Source of the DNA: Octopus sinensis
Taxonomy: Eukaryota
NCBI RefSeq assembly: GCF_006345805.1
Contig: NC_043000.1
Span: 74,896,001-74,960,000 of the forward strand
Reading direction: 5' to 3'
Length of the DNA stretch: 64,000 nt
The position numbers and the translations under genes are program-made. Below are positions 11,081 through 22,370 of the stretch, piece by piece; position 1 is the stretch's first letter, and every line of letters begins with the position of its first letter. The notes under the pieces are model-generated. The model did not search any database. It saw only the letters and a program-made list of their open reading frames with translations, and was not told the DNA's origin.

Positions 11081-13305
11081 TCATCATCATCATCATTGTT
11101 TAACGTCCATTTTCCATGCTAGCATGGATTGGACGGTTCAACTGGGTTCTGGGAAGCCAGGAGGCTGCGCCAGGCCCAGTCTGATCTGGCAGTGTTTCTA
11201 CAGATGGATGACTTTCCTAATGCCAACCACTCCGTGAGTGTAGTGGGTGCTTTTTACATGCCACCTGCACAGGTGCCAGACAAGGCTGGCAAACGGCCAC
11301 GATCGGATGGTGCTTTTTATGTGCCACCAGCACGGGGGCCAGACAAGGCTGGCAACGGCCACAATCGGATGGTGCTTTTTACGTGCCACTGGCATGGGGG
11401 CTAGTCGGGGCGGCGCTAGCAACCGCCACGTTCGTGTGTTCCACTTATGTGCCACCAGCACTGTTATCACAGCTACAATTTCCATTGATGTTGATGGATT
11501 TCGATTTTGATTTTGATTTTCACTTGCCTCAACAGGTCTTCACAAGTAGGGTTTGTGTCACAAGAAGGAAAGGTATGCATAAGTGGGCTGGCTACATCCC
11601 AGGTAGAGGCCATGGGTTATGGTCTCACTTGTCCTGCCGGGTCTTCCCACGCACAGCATACTTCCAAAGGTCTCGGTCTCTGGTCATTTTCTCAGTGAGA
11701 CCTAAAGTTCGAAGGTCGTGCTTCATCACCTCGTCTCAGGTTTTCCTGGGTCTACCTCTTCCTCAGGTTCCCTCAACCGCTAGGGTGTGGCACTTTTTCA
11801 CGCAACTATCTTCATCCATTCTCGCTACATGACCATACCAGCGCAAACGTCTCTCTTGCACACCACAACTGATGCTTCTTAGGTCCAACTTTTCTCTCAA
11901 GGTACTTACACTCTGTCGGGTATGAACACTGATATTACACATCCATCGGAGCATACTGGCTTCATTTCTAGCGAGCTTACGCATATCCTCAGCAGTCACG
12001 GCCCAAGTTTCACTGCCATGTAGCATGGTTGTTCGCACACATGCGTCATACAGTCTGCCTTTTATTCTGAGCGAGAGGCCTTTTGTCACCAGCAGAGGTA
12101 AGAGCTCTCTGAACTTTGCCAGGCTATTCTTACTCTAGCAGTTACACTTTCAGCACATCCGCCCTCGCTACTGACTTGGTCACCTAGGTAACGGAAGCTA
12201 TCAACAATTTCTAGTTTTTCTCCCTGGAATGTGGCGGAAGTTGGTCTCTGAACATTTTCAATGTTTATTGCTCCTGAACATCTGCCACATTCAAAAACTA
12301 TCTTCCCAGTTAGCCTTCCTTTGACATTGCTGCACCTCTTATGTGTCCATAGCTTACACTTGGTGCATCTTATAGAGTCTCTACCTACACCTTTTCTACA
12401 GATCAAGCAGGGCCATCTACCTGAAGGCGTTTGTGATTTGCCTGCCTTCCTACATATTAGGACTTTGGCTTTAGCTAGGTTGATTTTAAGGCCCTTTGAT
12501 TCTAATCCTTGTCTCCACACTTGAAACTTTGCCTCTAGTTCTGATAGTGACTCAGCAAGGTCATCAGCATAGAGGAGCTCCCAGGGGCATCCTTTCTTGA
12601 ATTCCTCCGTTATTGCCTGGAGGACTATGATAAATAGGAGGGGGGGCTGAGGACTGAACCTTGGTGGACCCCTACCTCTACCCTGAATTCTTTAGTGTAC
12701 TCGTTGCCAAACCTCACCTTACCTACAGTGTTCTGTACATGGTTTGCACAGCTCTCACTAACCATTCATCTATCCCTAGTTTCCTCATTGACCACCAGAT
12801 AAGGGATTGGGGGACCCTGTCAAAGGCTTTCTCCATGTCAACGAAAGCCAGGTACAGGGGATTATCTTTGGCTAGGTATTTCTCCTGCAGCTGTCTCACC
12901 AGAAATATGGCATCAGTGGTGCTTTTCCCTGGCACGAAACCAAACTGCATCTCGTCCAAGCTGACTCTCTCCCTAATCAGTTGGGCTATGACCCTTTCCG
13001 TAACCTTCATTACCTGATCCAACAGCTTGATACCTCTGTAATTATTTGTATCTAAAGCGTCACCTTTACCTTTGTAGAGGTTGACTACTATGCTGCTACA
13101 CCAGTCATTGGGTATGACTCCTTCATGTATCACCTGGTTAACTATACAGGTGACTAGGCTATAGCCGACACTGCCAGATATTTTGAGCATCTCTGCAGTA
13201 ATTCCTGATGGGCCTGGGGCTTTCCCTGTCTTCATACTTCTAATTGCCTTAACTACTAAGGAACTGTCAACTCGGATAGCTGGTCCCTCTGTTGGGTCGA
13301 CATTC
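11081..13305 (-). mobile_element. 5'-truncated RTE LINE (RT, PHD-like finger, 3' UTR, (ATG)n tail)
   Basis: ORFs 12723-13352, 12086-12520 and 11763-12089: KAPGPSG, YRGIKLL, QFGFVPGKSTTDAIF, FVDMEKAFD, YADD, RLRWYGHVARM; both ends abut (TA)n. Confidence 0.92.
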
Positions 13306-13348
13306 ATATATATATATGTATATGATATATATACATATATGTATCTAG

Positions 13349-14490
13349 ACAAGTTAAAATAATGATTTATTGCATATAATTCCTCTGTTATGGCAAATTT
13401 GACTTACAGCTGTTTCTAGTAGACATTATACAATTGGTATATTGATCAATTGAGGTAAATTGAAAGACCTAAGAAATTTAATGATACCTTTTCAGAACCA
13501 TTCCTGGAATTAAACTGAGCACTTGAAGAATGGCTATTGTATGGGGTAAGTGGAGAAAGATTAAAATGTTGAAGTAGAAAAGGTAAAGGTAGGTTACAAT
13601 GGGTGGTAGCAGTTGAAGGAGTGGTATTTAGTCGAAGTAGCAGTAGTAGTTGTAGTGGTAGGAATATTAGAGACAGTTACAAAAGTAGGTCAGTAACGTT
13701 ACCATATTGACATTGTATATAAGATATTCTCCAGCTATAAGCTAAATTTGCTATCTAATGGGATGACCATTATTTTAACATCTCTGTTATATATCATTTC
13801 ATAAAAACAAGTATCTGAAGCCCATTCAAGGATTTACTATATAGAATTGTGATGACCCGTAACTTTGGACCCTACCAAAAGATAAGAGTTCTTCACTAAC
13901 TTCAGTAATATAGTTAGCCTGGTATGCCAACAAAGAGATTATGAAGTATTTTGCCAGGATTAATAATACCTCACTATTTGTTCTACATGTATTAATATAT
14001 ATGATATATATGTGTGTGTGTGTATGTATATATATATATTTATATATATATTTATATTTATATATATATATATATATATATATTTATAAATATATATATA
14101 TTATATATATAAATATATATTTATATATATTTTTATACATATATATATAAAATTTGGATATTAATTTGATAACATCAATTTTAACACCAGTGGTCTAGCA
14201 TATAAAAAACTGAGATTCAGTAAATAGTATTATATACATAAATATAAGATGGAATTTTACCACTATGAGGACACCCTTATGCTAGAAGATCTGCTATGGT
14301 CCTAACCAGTAAGAATTGTTCTCCAGAAAATTTAGCAAACACCAGAAACTTAAGCGAGCAAGACAAATGAAAAGTAACAGAAATATAGATTAATCATAAG
14401 CAATTGTTTCACCCTCAACAAATTACATAATTTATATGGAGATCTTCAGTAAGATCATCTATCCAAAAACGAGGTTGAAAATGCATGCAG
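13349..14490 (-). mobile_element. Probable Penelope-like pLTR remnants with degenerate hammerhead pieces
   Basis: GAAACAGCTGTA half-motif (minus, 13405-13416); CTGAAGA...GAAACAATTG motif (minus, 14393-14455); ACCAGTGGTCTAGCAT shared with about 17855. Confidence 0.4.
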
Positions 14491-14497
14491 TTTTACC

Positions 14498-14530
<33 letters not shown>

Positions 14531-14560
14531 ATATTTATATATATATATATATATTTATAT

Positions 14561-17500
14561 CATCATCATCGTTTAACGTCCACTTTTCATGCTAGCATGG
14601 GTTGGACGGTTCAACTGGGGTCTGGGAAGCCCGAAGGCTGGATGCCCTTCCTAACGCCAACCACTCCGTGAGTGTAGTGGGTGCTTTTTATGTGCCACCG
14701 ACACAGGTGCCAGACAAGGCTGGCGAACGGCCACGCTTGGATGGTGTTTTTTACGTGCCACCGGCACGGAGGCCAGGCGAGGCTGGCACGGCCACGATCT
14801 GATGGTGTTTGTTACGTGCCACCAGCACGGAGGCCAGTCGATGCGGTACTGGCTACGGCCATGTTCGGATGGTTTTCTTATGTGACACCGGCACTGGTAT
14901 CACAAAACTACAAATTCCATTGATGTTCATCGATTTTGATTTGATTCTTTGATTTTTGATATTTGATTTTCACTTGCCTCAACAGGTCTTCACAAGTAGA
15001 GTTATGTGTCCCAAGAAGGAAGGTATGCACAGGTGGACTGTCTACGTCCCAGGTATGGGCCATGGGTTATGGCCTCACTTGTCCTGCCAGGTCTTCTCGC
15101 GCACAGCATACTTCCAAAGGTCTCGGTGAGACCTAAAGAGCGAAAGTCGTTCTTCACCACCTCATCCCAGGTTTTCCTGGGTCTACCTCTTCCACAGGTT
15201 CCCTCAACCGCTAGGGTGTGGCACTTTTTCACACAACTATCTTCATCCATTCTTACTACGTGTCCATACCAGCATAGGCGCCTCTCTTGCACACCACATC
15301 TGATGCTTCTTAGGTCCAACTTTTCTCTCAAGGCACTTACACTCTGTCGGGTATGAACACTGACATTACACATCCAACGGAGCATACTGGCTTCATTCTT
15401 GTGAGCTTACGCATATTCTCAGCAGTCACGGCCCAAGTTTCACTGCCATGTAGCATGGCTATTCGCACGCATGCGTCATACAGTCTGCCTTTTACTCTGA
15501 GCGAGAGGCCTTTTGTCACCAGCAGAGGTAAGAGCTCTCTGAACTTTGCCCAGGCTATTCTTACTCTAGCAGTTACACTTTCGGCACACCCACTTGGTCA
15601 CCTAGGTAACGGAAACTATCAACTATTTCAAGTTTTTCTCCCTGGAATGTGGCGGAAGATGGTCTCTGCGCATTTTCAGTGTTTATTGCACCAGAGCATC
15701 TGCCACATACAAAAACTATATTCCTAGTTAGCCTTTCTTTGACATTGCTGCACCTCTTATGTGTCCATAGCTTACACTTGGTGCATCTTATAGAGTTCCT
15801 ACCCACGCCTTTTCTACAGATCGAGCAGGGCCATCTACCTGAAGGCGTTTGAGATTTGTCTACCTTCCTACTTATTAGGACTTTGGTTTTAGCTAGATTG
15901 ACTCTAAGGCCCTTCGATTCTAATCCTTGCTTCCACGCCTGAAACTTCTCCTCGAGTTCTGATAGTGATTCAGCAATTAGAGCAAGGTCATCAGCATAGA
16001 GGAGCTCCCAGGGGCATCCTGTCTTGAATTCCTCCGTTATTGCCTGGAGGATTATGATAAATAGGAGGGGGCTGTGCCTTGGTGGACCCCCAACCTCCAC
16101 CCAGAATTCTTCACTGTACTCGTTGCCAACCCTCACCTTACTAACAGCGTTCCTGTACATGGCACGCACAGCTCTCACTAACCATTCATCTATCCCTAGT
16201 TTTCTCATTGACCACCAGATAAGGGAACGGGGGACCCAGTCAAAGGCTTTCTCCAAGTCAGCGAAAGCCAGGTACAGAGTTTTATCTTTGGCTAGGTATT
16301 TCTCCTGCAGCTGTCTCATCAGAAATATGGCATCAGTGGTGCTTTTCCCTGGCACGAAACCAAACTGCATCTCGTCTAGGTTGACTCTCTCTCTAATCAG
16401 TTGGGCCATGACCCTTTCCGTAACCTTCATTACCTGATCCATCAGATTGTTACCTCTGTAATTACTTGTATCTAGGGCGTCACCTTTACCTTTGTAGCAG
16501 TTGGCTATTATGCTACTACACCAGTCATTGGGTATGACTCCTTCGTGTATTACCTGGTTAACTATACGGGTGACTAGGCTATAGCCGACACTGCCAGATA
16601 TTTTGAGCATCTCTGCAGTAATTCCTGATGGGCCTGGGGCTTTCCCTGTCTTCATGCTTCCAATTGCCTTAACTACCATGGAACTGTCAACTCGGATAGC
16701 TGGTCCCTCTATTGGGTCGACATTCGGCAGACTCTCTTTATCCCATTCATTCTCTTTGTTGAGCAACCTTTCATAGTGGCATCTCCAAACCTCTCTCTTT
16801 GCATCCTCATTTAGCGCAAGTGAACCATCATCCATGCGAACACATTTCTCTCCTACCACATCACGATTCTCTCTCACACACTGTCTTGCAACACGAAACA
16901 CCTCAAGTCTTTGGTCCTCACGGCGCAGAACATTGTCAAATTTTTTCTTATCTGCTTCCCCTCTAGCTAAATATACCTGTCTCCTGGCTTCTCTTTTCGC
17001 AGTCTGATACAATTCCCTACTACCGCCTTTCCTCCAGTCCTTCCAAGCCTGTCTCTTGTCTCTAATAGCCCTGTCTACAACATTGTTCCACCACCACATT
17101 ACCCTGGGACGAGATGGGACTTTGCTCCATCCACAGATCTGGTCAGTGGCTCTCAGCAGATTGTCCCGTAGAAACCTCCAGTTGGCTTCCACATTATGTG
17201 ATGCTATATCCCCTTCTATTTCGTCGAAAGCTTCGAGTAGAACTTCTCTAAATCTCCGTCAATTTACAGGATCTTTAAGTTTCCAGACTCTTCTCCGAGC
17301 TGGTCTTCTTCTGGGCAGCCATTTGGCCCTGATCCTGAAGTCGCTGACTACTAATCTATGTTGAGTACATTCCTCGCCTGGAAAGGTTTTGGCATTTATA
17401 AGCAGCCCTCTTTCTGGCGAGGATGTAGTCGATCTGGCTAGTGTGTCTGCCAGAACGGTAGGTGACTAGGTGAGAGGTGGGTTTCCTGAAGTTGGTATTG

Positions 17501-17795
17501 TAAATCATAAGGTCATTTGCATCGCAGAACTCCAGCAGCCTGGTTCCCTCCTCATTGCGAGAACCAAAACCGTAGTCCCCGTGTATGCCATGGAAACCCC
17601 CGACATGCCGTCCAACATGTCCATTGAAGTCACCTGCCACAAAGAGAAGGTCACTGTCATTTGTCAACGATTCTAGGGTGTCATAGAATCGGTCTTTCTG
17701 TCCTGAAGGGCATATGCCGAGATAATGGTTGCTGACCTATGATAAAGCACTAGTCTAATCTTAAGTATTCTGTCACATACTCTGAATACCTCGAC
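14561..17795 (-). mobile_element. RTE LINE, 5'-truncated within the APE endonuclease
   Basis: EN motifs GDFNGHVG, NEEGTRLLEFC and SQIDYIL (17356-17667); RT ORF 15573-17192 with LYADD; C-terminal RGRPRKTW; (CAT)n tail. Confidence 0.95.
15573..17192 (-). pseudogene. RTE ORF remnant: reverse transcriptase plus C4HC3 PHD-like finger
   Basis: 539-aa frame with QFGFVPGKSTTDAIF, DLEKAFD, LYADDL and CSIC-x10-CTKC-x4-HKRC-x14-CGRC; flanking parts are frameshifted. Confidence 0.9.
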
Positions 17796-17900
17796 TATAT
17801 ATATATATATATATACAATTAATTAAGGGTAGAAATTGATATTTATCAATTAAGACCAGTGGTCTAGCATATTAAAAAAGAATCTGAAGATTAAAATATT

Positions 17901-18211
17901 TATATATACCAATTAAGGACTGAACACGAAAAGTGGACAGTCAACATGCTAGATATAGACGTCAAATCGCCATTCACCACAAAAGATTATGTTCTCAGAT
18001 CAAACTCAACACAAAACCATAGCAATAAACAAGTGAAAAATATACGAAATAAAATAATTATTATTTTATTTCGTATATTTTTCACTTGTTTATTGCTATG
18101 GTTTTGTGTTGAGTTTGATCTGAGAACATAATCTTTTGTGGTGAATGGCGATTTGACGTCTATATCTAGCATGTTGACTGTCCACTTTTCGTGTTCAGTC
18201 CTTAATTGGTA

Positions 18212-18217
<6 letters not shown>
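17901..18217. repeat. Perfect palindrome with 158-bp arms and a 1-nt spacer
   Basis: 17901-18058 is the exact reverse complement of 18060-18217; the ORF track gives the same peptide on both strands. Confidence 0.95.
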
Positions 18218-18242
<25 letters not shown>

Positions 18243-18262
18243 GTATTTATTTATATATAAAT

Positions 18263-19684
18263 ATGTGGCAGATGCTCGAGAGCAATAAACACTGAAAATG
18301 CGCAGAGACCAACTTCCGCCACATTCCAGGGAGAAAAACTAGAAGTAGTTGATAGCTTCCGTTACCTAGGTGACCAAGTCAGTAGCGGAGGTGGGTGCGC
18401 TGAAAGTGCAGCTGCTAGAATAAGAATACCTTTGGCAAAGTTCAGAGAGCTCTTACCTCTGCTGGCAACAAAGGGCCTCTCGCTCAGAATAAAAGGAAGA
18501 CTGTATGACGCTTGTGTACGAACAGCTGTGACTGCTGAGGACATGCATAAGCTCACGAGGAATGAAGCCAGTATGATCCGATGGATGTGAAATGTCAGTG
18601 TGCATACTCAACAGAGTGTAGGTACCTTGAGAGACATGTTGGAACTAAGAAGCATCAGATGTGGTGTGCAAGAGAGACGACTGCGCTTGTATGGTCATGT
18701 GACAAGAATGGATGAGGATAGCTGTGTGAAAAAGTGCAACACCCTACCTGTGGAAGAGGTAGACCTAGGATGAAGTGGTGAAGCACGACCTTCGAACTTT
18801 AGGCCCCATCAAGGAAATTCTAGCAGCTGCACTTTCAGCACACCCACCTCCGCTACTGACTTGGTTACCTTTGGAAATATGCCGTGCGTGAGAAGACCCG
18901 GCAAGCCAAATGAAACCATAATCCCAGGGGCGTAACCAGCCCACTTATGCGTACCTTTTCCTTCTTTGTAATATTAAACTGAATATTAAACTTACAGGAT
19001 ACACCGGTCCACAGGGAATTTCAAGTCGGTGAGGGACCTGGGTATCGACATGAGTGAGGATACCTCTTTCCAAGTGCATATTACCAGAATGACGACAAAG
19101 TGCAGACGACTGGCTGGGTGGATCCTAAGAACATTCAGAACCATAGAACTCTGTTTGCGAAGACCTGTTGAGGCAAGTGAAAATCAAAATCAAATTCGAT
19201 GACTGACGTCCGTGCTAGCAGGATGCAAAGAGCACCATACGAGCGTGATCATTGACAGAGCGGCTAACCGGCTTCCATGCCAGTAGCACTTAAAGGGCAC
19301 CATTCGAGCATGATCGTTACCAGCGTCGCCTTACTGGCACTTGTGCCCGTGCTAGTAGGGTGCCAAGAGCACCATCCGAACGTGATCGTTGCCATAGCAG
19401 CCAACTGGCTTCCGTGCCACCATTCGAGTGTGATCGTTACCAACGTCGCCTTGCTGGCACCTGTGCTGGTGGCATGTGTAAAAGGATTCAAGCGAGGTCG
19501 TTGCCAGTATCGCCTGACCATTACATTCTCGGAGTGGTTGGCGTTAGGAAGGGTATCCACCTGTAGAAACTCTGCTAAATTAAGATTGGAGCCTGGTGCA
19601 GCCATCTGGTTCGCCAGCCCTCAGTCAAAATCGTCCGACCCATGCTAGCATGGAGAACGGACGTTAAACGATGATGATGATGAT
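18263..19684 (+). mobile_element. Rearranged RTE LINE 3' portion
   Basis: Reverse-complement similarity to 11500-12290; ends in (ATG)n; contains two templated insertions. Confidence 0.85.
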
Positions 19685-19839
19685 ATATTTATATATAAAT
19701 ATGTTTATATATATATGTGTGTGTGTGTGTGTATATATGTATATGTATATATATATTATATGTGTATATATATATATATATGTGTATATATATATATGTG
19801 TGTGTATTATATGTATATGATATATACATATATATATAT

Positions 19840-20697
19840 AATGCTGAAAAATTCCAGGCCCTGCGCTACCAGCATCCAAAACTGAATATTAAACTTACAG
19901 GATACACCGGTCCACAGGGAATTTCAAGTCGGTGAGGGACCTGGGTATCGACATGAGTGAGGATACCTCTTTCCATGTGCATATTACCAGAATGACGACA
20001 AAGTGCAGACGACTGGCTGGATGGATCCTAAGAACATTTAGAACCATAGATAAGGAAACCATGATGGTTCTCTGGCGGACATTCGTCCTCAGCCGCCTGG
20101 ATTACTGTTCACAGCTATGGTCACCCACCAGTGTGAAATTAACAGCAGACCTTGAAGCAATCCAGAGAAGATTCACAAAGATCGTCTCTTTGCAACAGCT
20201 CAGCTATTGGGAAAGGTTGAAACAGCTAAGACTTTACTCTCTGGAGAGAAGACGGGAGAATATGCAGTAATATATGTCTGGAAGATCCTGGAAGGTATTG
20301 TGCCAAATTTTGGCATTGTAAGCTACACCAATGCTAGAACGGGACGATACTGCATAGTGCCAAAGATCCCAGCAATGCCATCACGCTTCAGGACCAGCTT
20401 CCACAACAGCCTGGGTTTCAAGGGCCCACAGCTTTTTAATATTCTGCCAAAGAGTCTGAGGAACTGGCACAAAGTAGATGTAGCGGTTTTTAAATCAAAG
20501 CTGGACATCTTCCTGTCGAGAGTCCCAGATGAACCTACCTCACGGCAAGAGGTGCAAATGAGAGTAGCTATATCAAACTCTATTCTTCACCAAGTGCCAC
20601 ATATTAGAGGAGGTTCTTCGTAATAACAGTGTAGCACAAAACGGCGGTGCATCAGCATGGCCGCAACTCTGAGCTAAAACAAAAAAAGAAAAAGAAA
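19840..20697 (+). mobile_element. CR1-like LINE, subfamily B, 3' fragment
   Basis: RLDYCSQLWSP, LYSLERRR, KGPQLFNILP; 3' end GGCGGTGCATCAGCATGGCCGCA..GAGCTAAAAC. Confidence 0.9.
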
Positions 20698-20740
20698 TAT
20701 ATATATATATATATACATATAGATGTGTGTATATATATAT

Positions 20741-21745
20741 AAACTTACTTGGAGAAGAGAAACAACGGGTGCGTTCGGTCATATAATAACAATAAAATAA
20801 ATAATTAAAACATATGCATATATACATACATATATGTACATACTCACATCTATATGTATATATACATGCATATATATATATATACATGAGTACAGGACAC
20901 CACAAATAAACGTAGAACATAACGAGAAACGAAAACAAAATCAAATAAGGAAACGGACATTTTTAACAACGAGAAAACAGTACATAACAAACAATACAAG
21001 GAAAATTCCCCTTCATCAGCTATGTATATATATGTATGTATATATGCATATGTTTTAAATATTTATTATATTGTTATTATATGACTGAACGCACGCGTTG
21101 TTTCTCTTCTCCAAGTAAGTTTTTATTTGAATAATCATGATGCGCACTCTTACTCTTTACTTGACTTTTCCTCCCTGCCTGTCTGTCTTCCTCTCTACTT
21201 GTCTCTCTCCTTCTTATTTTTCACCCTTTCTGGTTTCTTTCCCCCCTCTCTCTCTCTCTCCTCCTCCTCTCTCTGGCCGTTGACCAGAGTGCTACTAAAA
21301 CTTTCTTTCAGCCTGTGCTTTCAACAAGCATATATCGACTTCTCTGTCTTTCGCAAGCCGATTTTTCACATGCGTTCTAACTAATTTTTCCACCGTTTAG
21401 GCTTAAAAAAAGCCCTTATTGTTGATTTCCTTGTCCTGTTATTCTTTATTTGTACTGTTTTTTCTTCATTTGTATTGCTTTTACGTCCTGTTCTTGTCAC
21501 TTGTTATACCCCTCTGCAAAAGAATTTTATTTAATTCCTTTTGCAGGAAGGACTGCTTTGGCCTGGCCGTGTTCTGCCCTTACCTTCGAAACACGCATTG
21601 AGTCGAACCAGGGGCAGGTGATGAAGGGGAATTTTCCTTGTATTGTTTGTCCTGTACTCTGTTTTTTTGTTGTTAAAAAAAGTCCGTTTCCTTGTTTGAT
21701 TTTATGTTTCCGTTTCTCATGTTCTACGTTTATTTGTGGTGTGTC
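20741..21745. mobile_element. Inverted, circularly permuted non-coding repeat with CTGATGAAG/GAAAC motifs (pLTR-like)
   Basis: 20741-20835 is the reverse complement of 21030-21122, and 20895-21020 of 21616-21745; related fragments lie at 26250-26340 and 50657-50900. Confidence 0.55.
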
Positions 21746-22066
21746 TTCTGCTATAGCCTCGGGCCGACCAAAGCCTTGTGAGTAGATTTGGTAGACGGAA
21801 ACTGAAAGAAGCCTGTCGTATATATGTTTATATATATATGTATGTGTGTGTGTGCATGTTTGTGTGTCTGTGTTTGTCCCTCTAGCATTGCTTGACAACC
21901 GATGCTGGTGTGTTTGCGTCCCCGTTACTTAGCGGTTCGGCAAAAGAGACCGATAGAATAAGTACTGGGCTTACAAAGAATAAGTCCCTGGGTCGATTTG
22001 CTCGACTAAAGGCATTGCTCCAGCATGGCCGCAGTCAAATAACTGAAACGAGTAAAAGAGTAAAGA
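21741..22066 (+). mobile_element. SINE (5'-truncated) with CR1-like 3' tail
   Basis: Internal (TA/TG)n; tail CTCCAGCATGGCCGCAGTC..ACTGAAAC+(GAGTAAAA)n resembles the CR1-like LINE 3' ends CCCAGCATGGCCACAGC..GCTGAAAC in this window. Confidence 0.75.
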
Positions 22067-22260
22067 GTATATATATATATACTACAAAATTAGAAAATGG
22101 AGAAACATACTTAAATCAATAAAACATCAACTATCAGATGATACCCAATCAATACTTTATTACAACATTACATATCAGTAAAGGCATTATACAAAATATA
22201 AAGTAAATATAAATAGACAAGGAAATAGAAATATAAAATATAATATGTAATTATATCATA

Positions 22261-22370
22261 TCTGACAGCTGTTTCGGCAGTAAGGGCAGTCATACCTCAT
22301 TTAAACTATAAGCCATAAAGGCAGGTATAAATGAGGCATTAACAAGGATGCCCCACGGCCTCTTCAGAGA
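22261..22370 (-). ncRNA. Type I hammerhead ribozyme (left arm)
   Basis: Reverse complement of 25768-25877. Confidence 0.85.
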
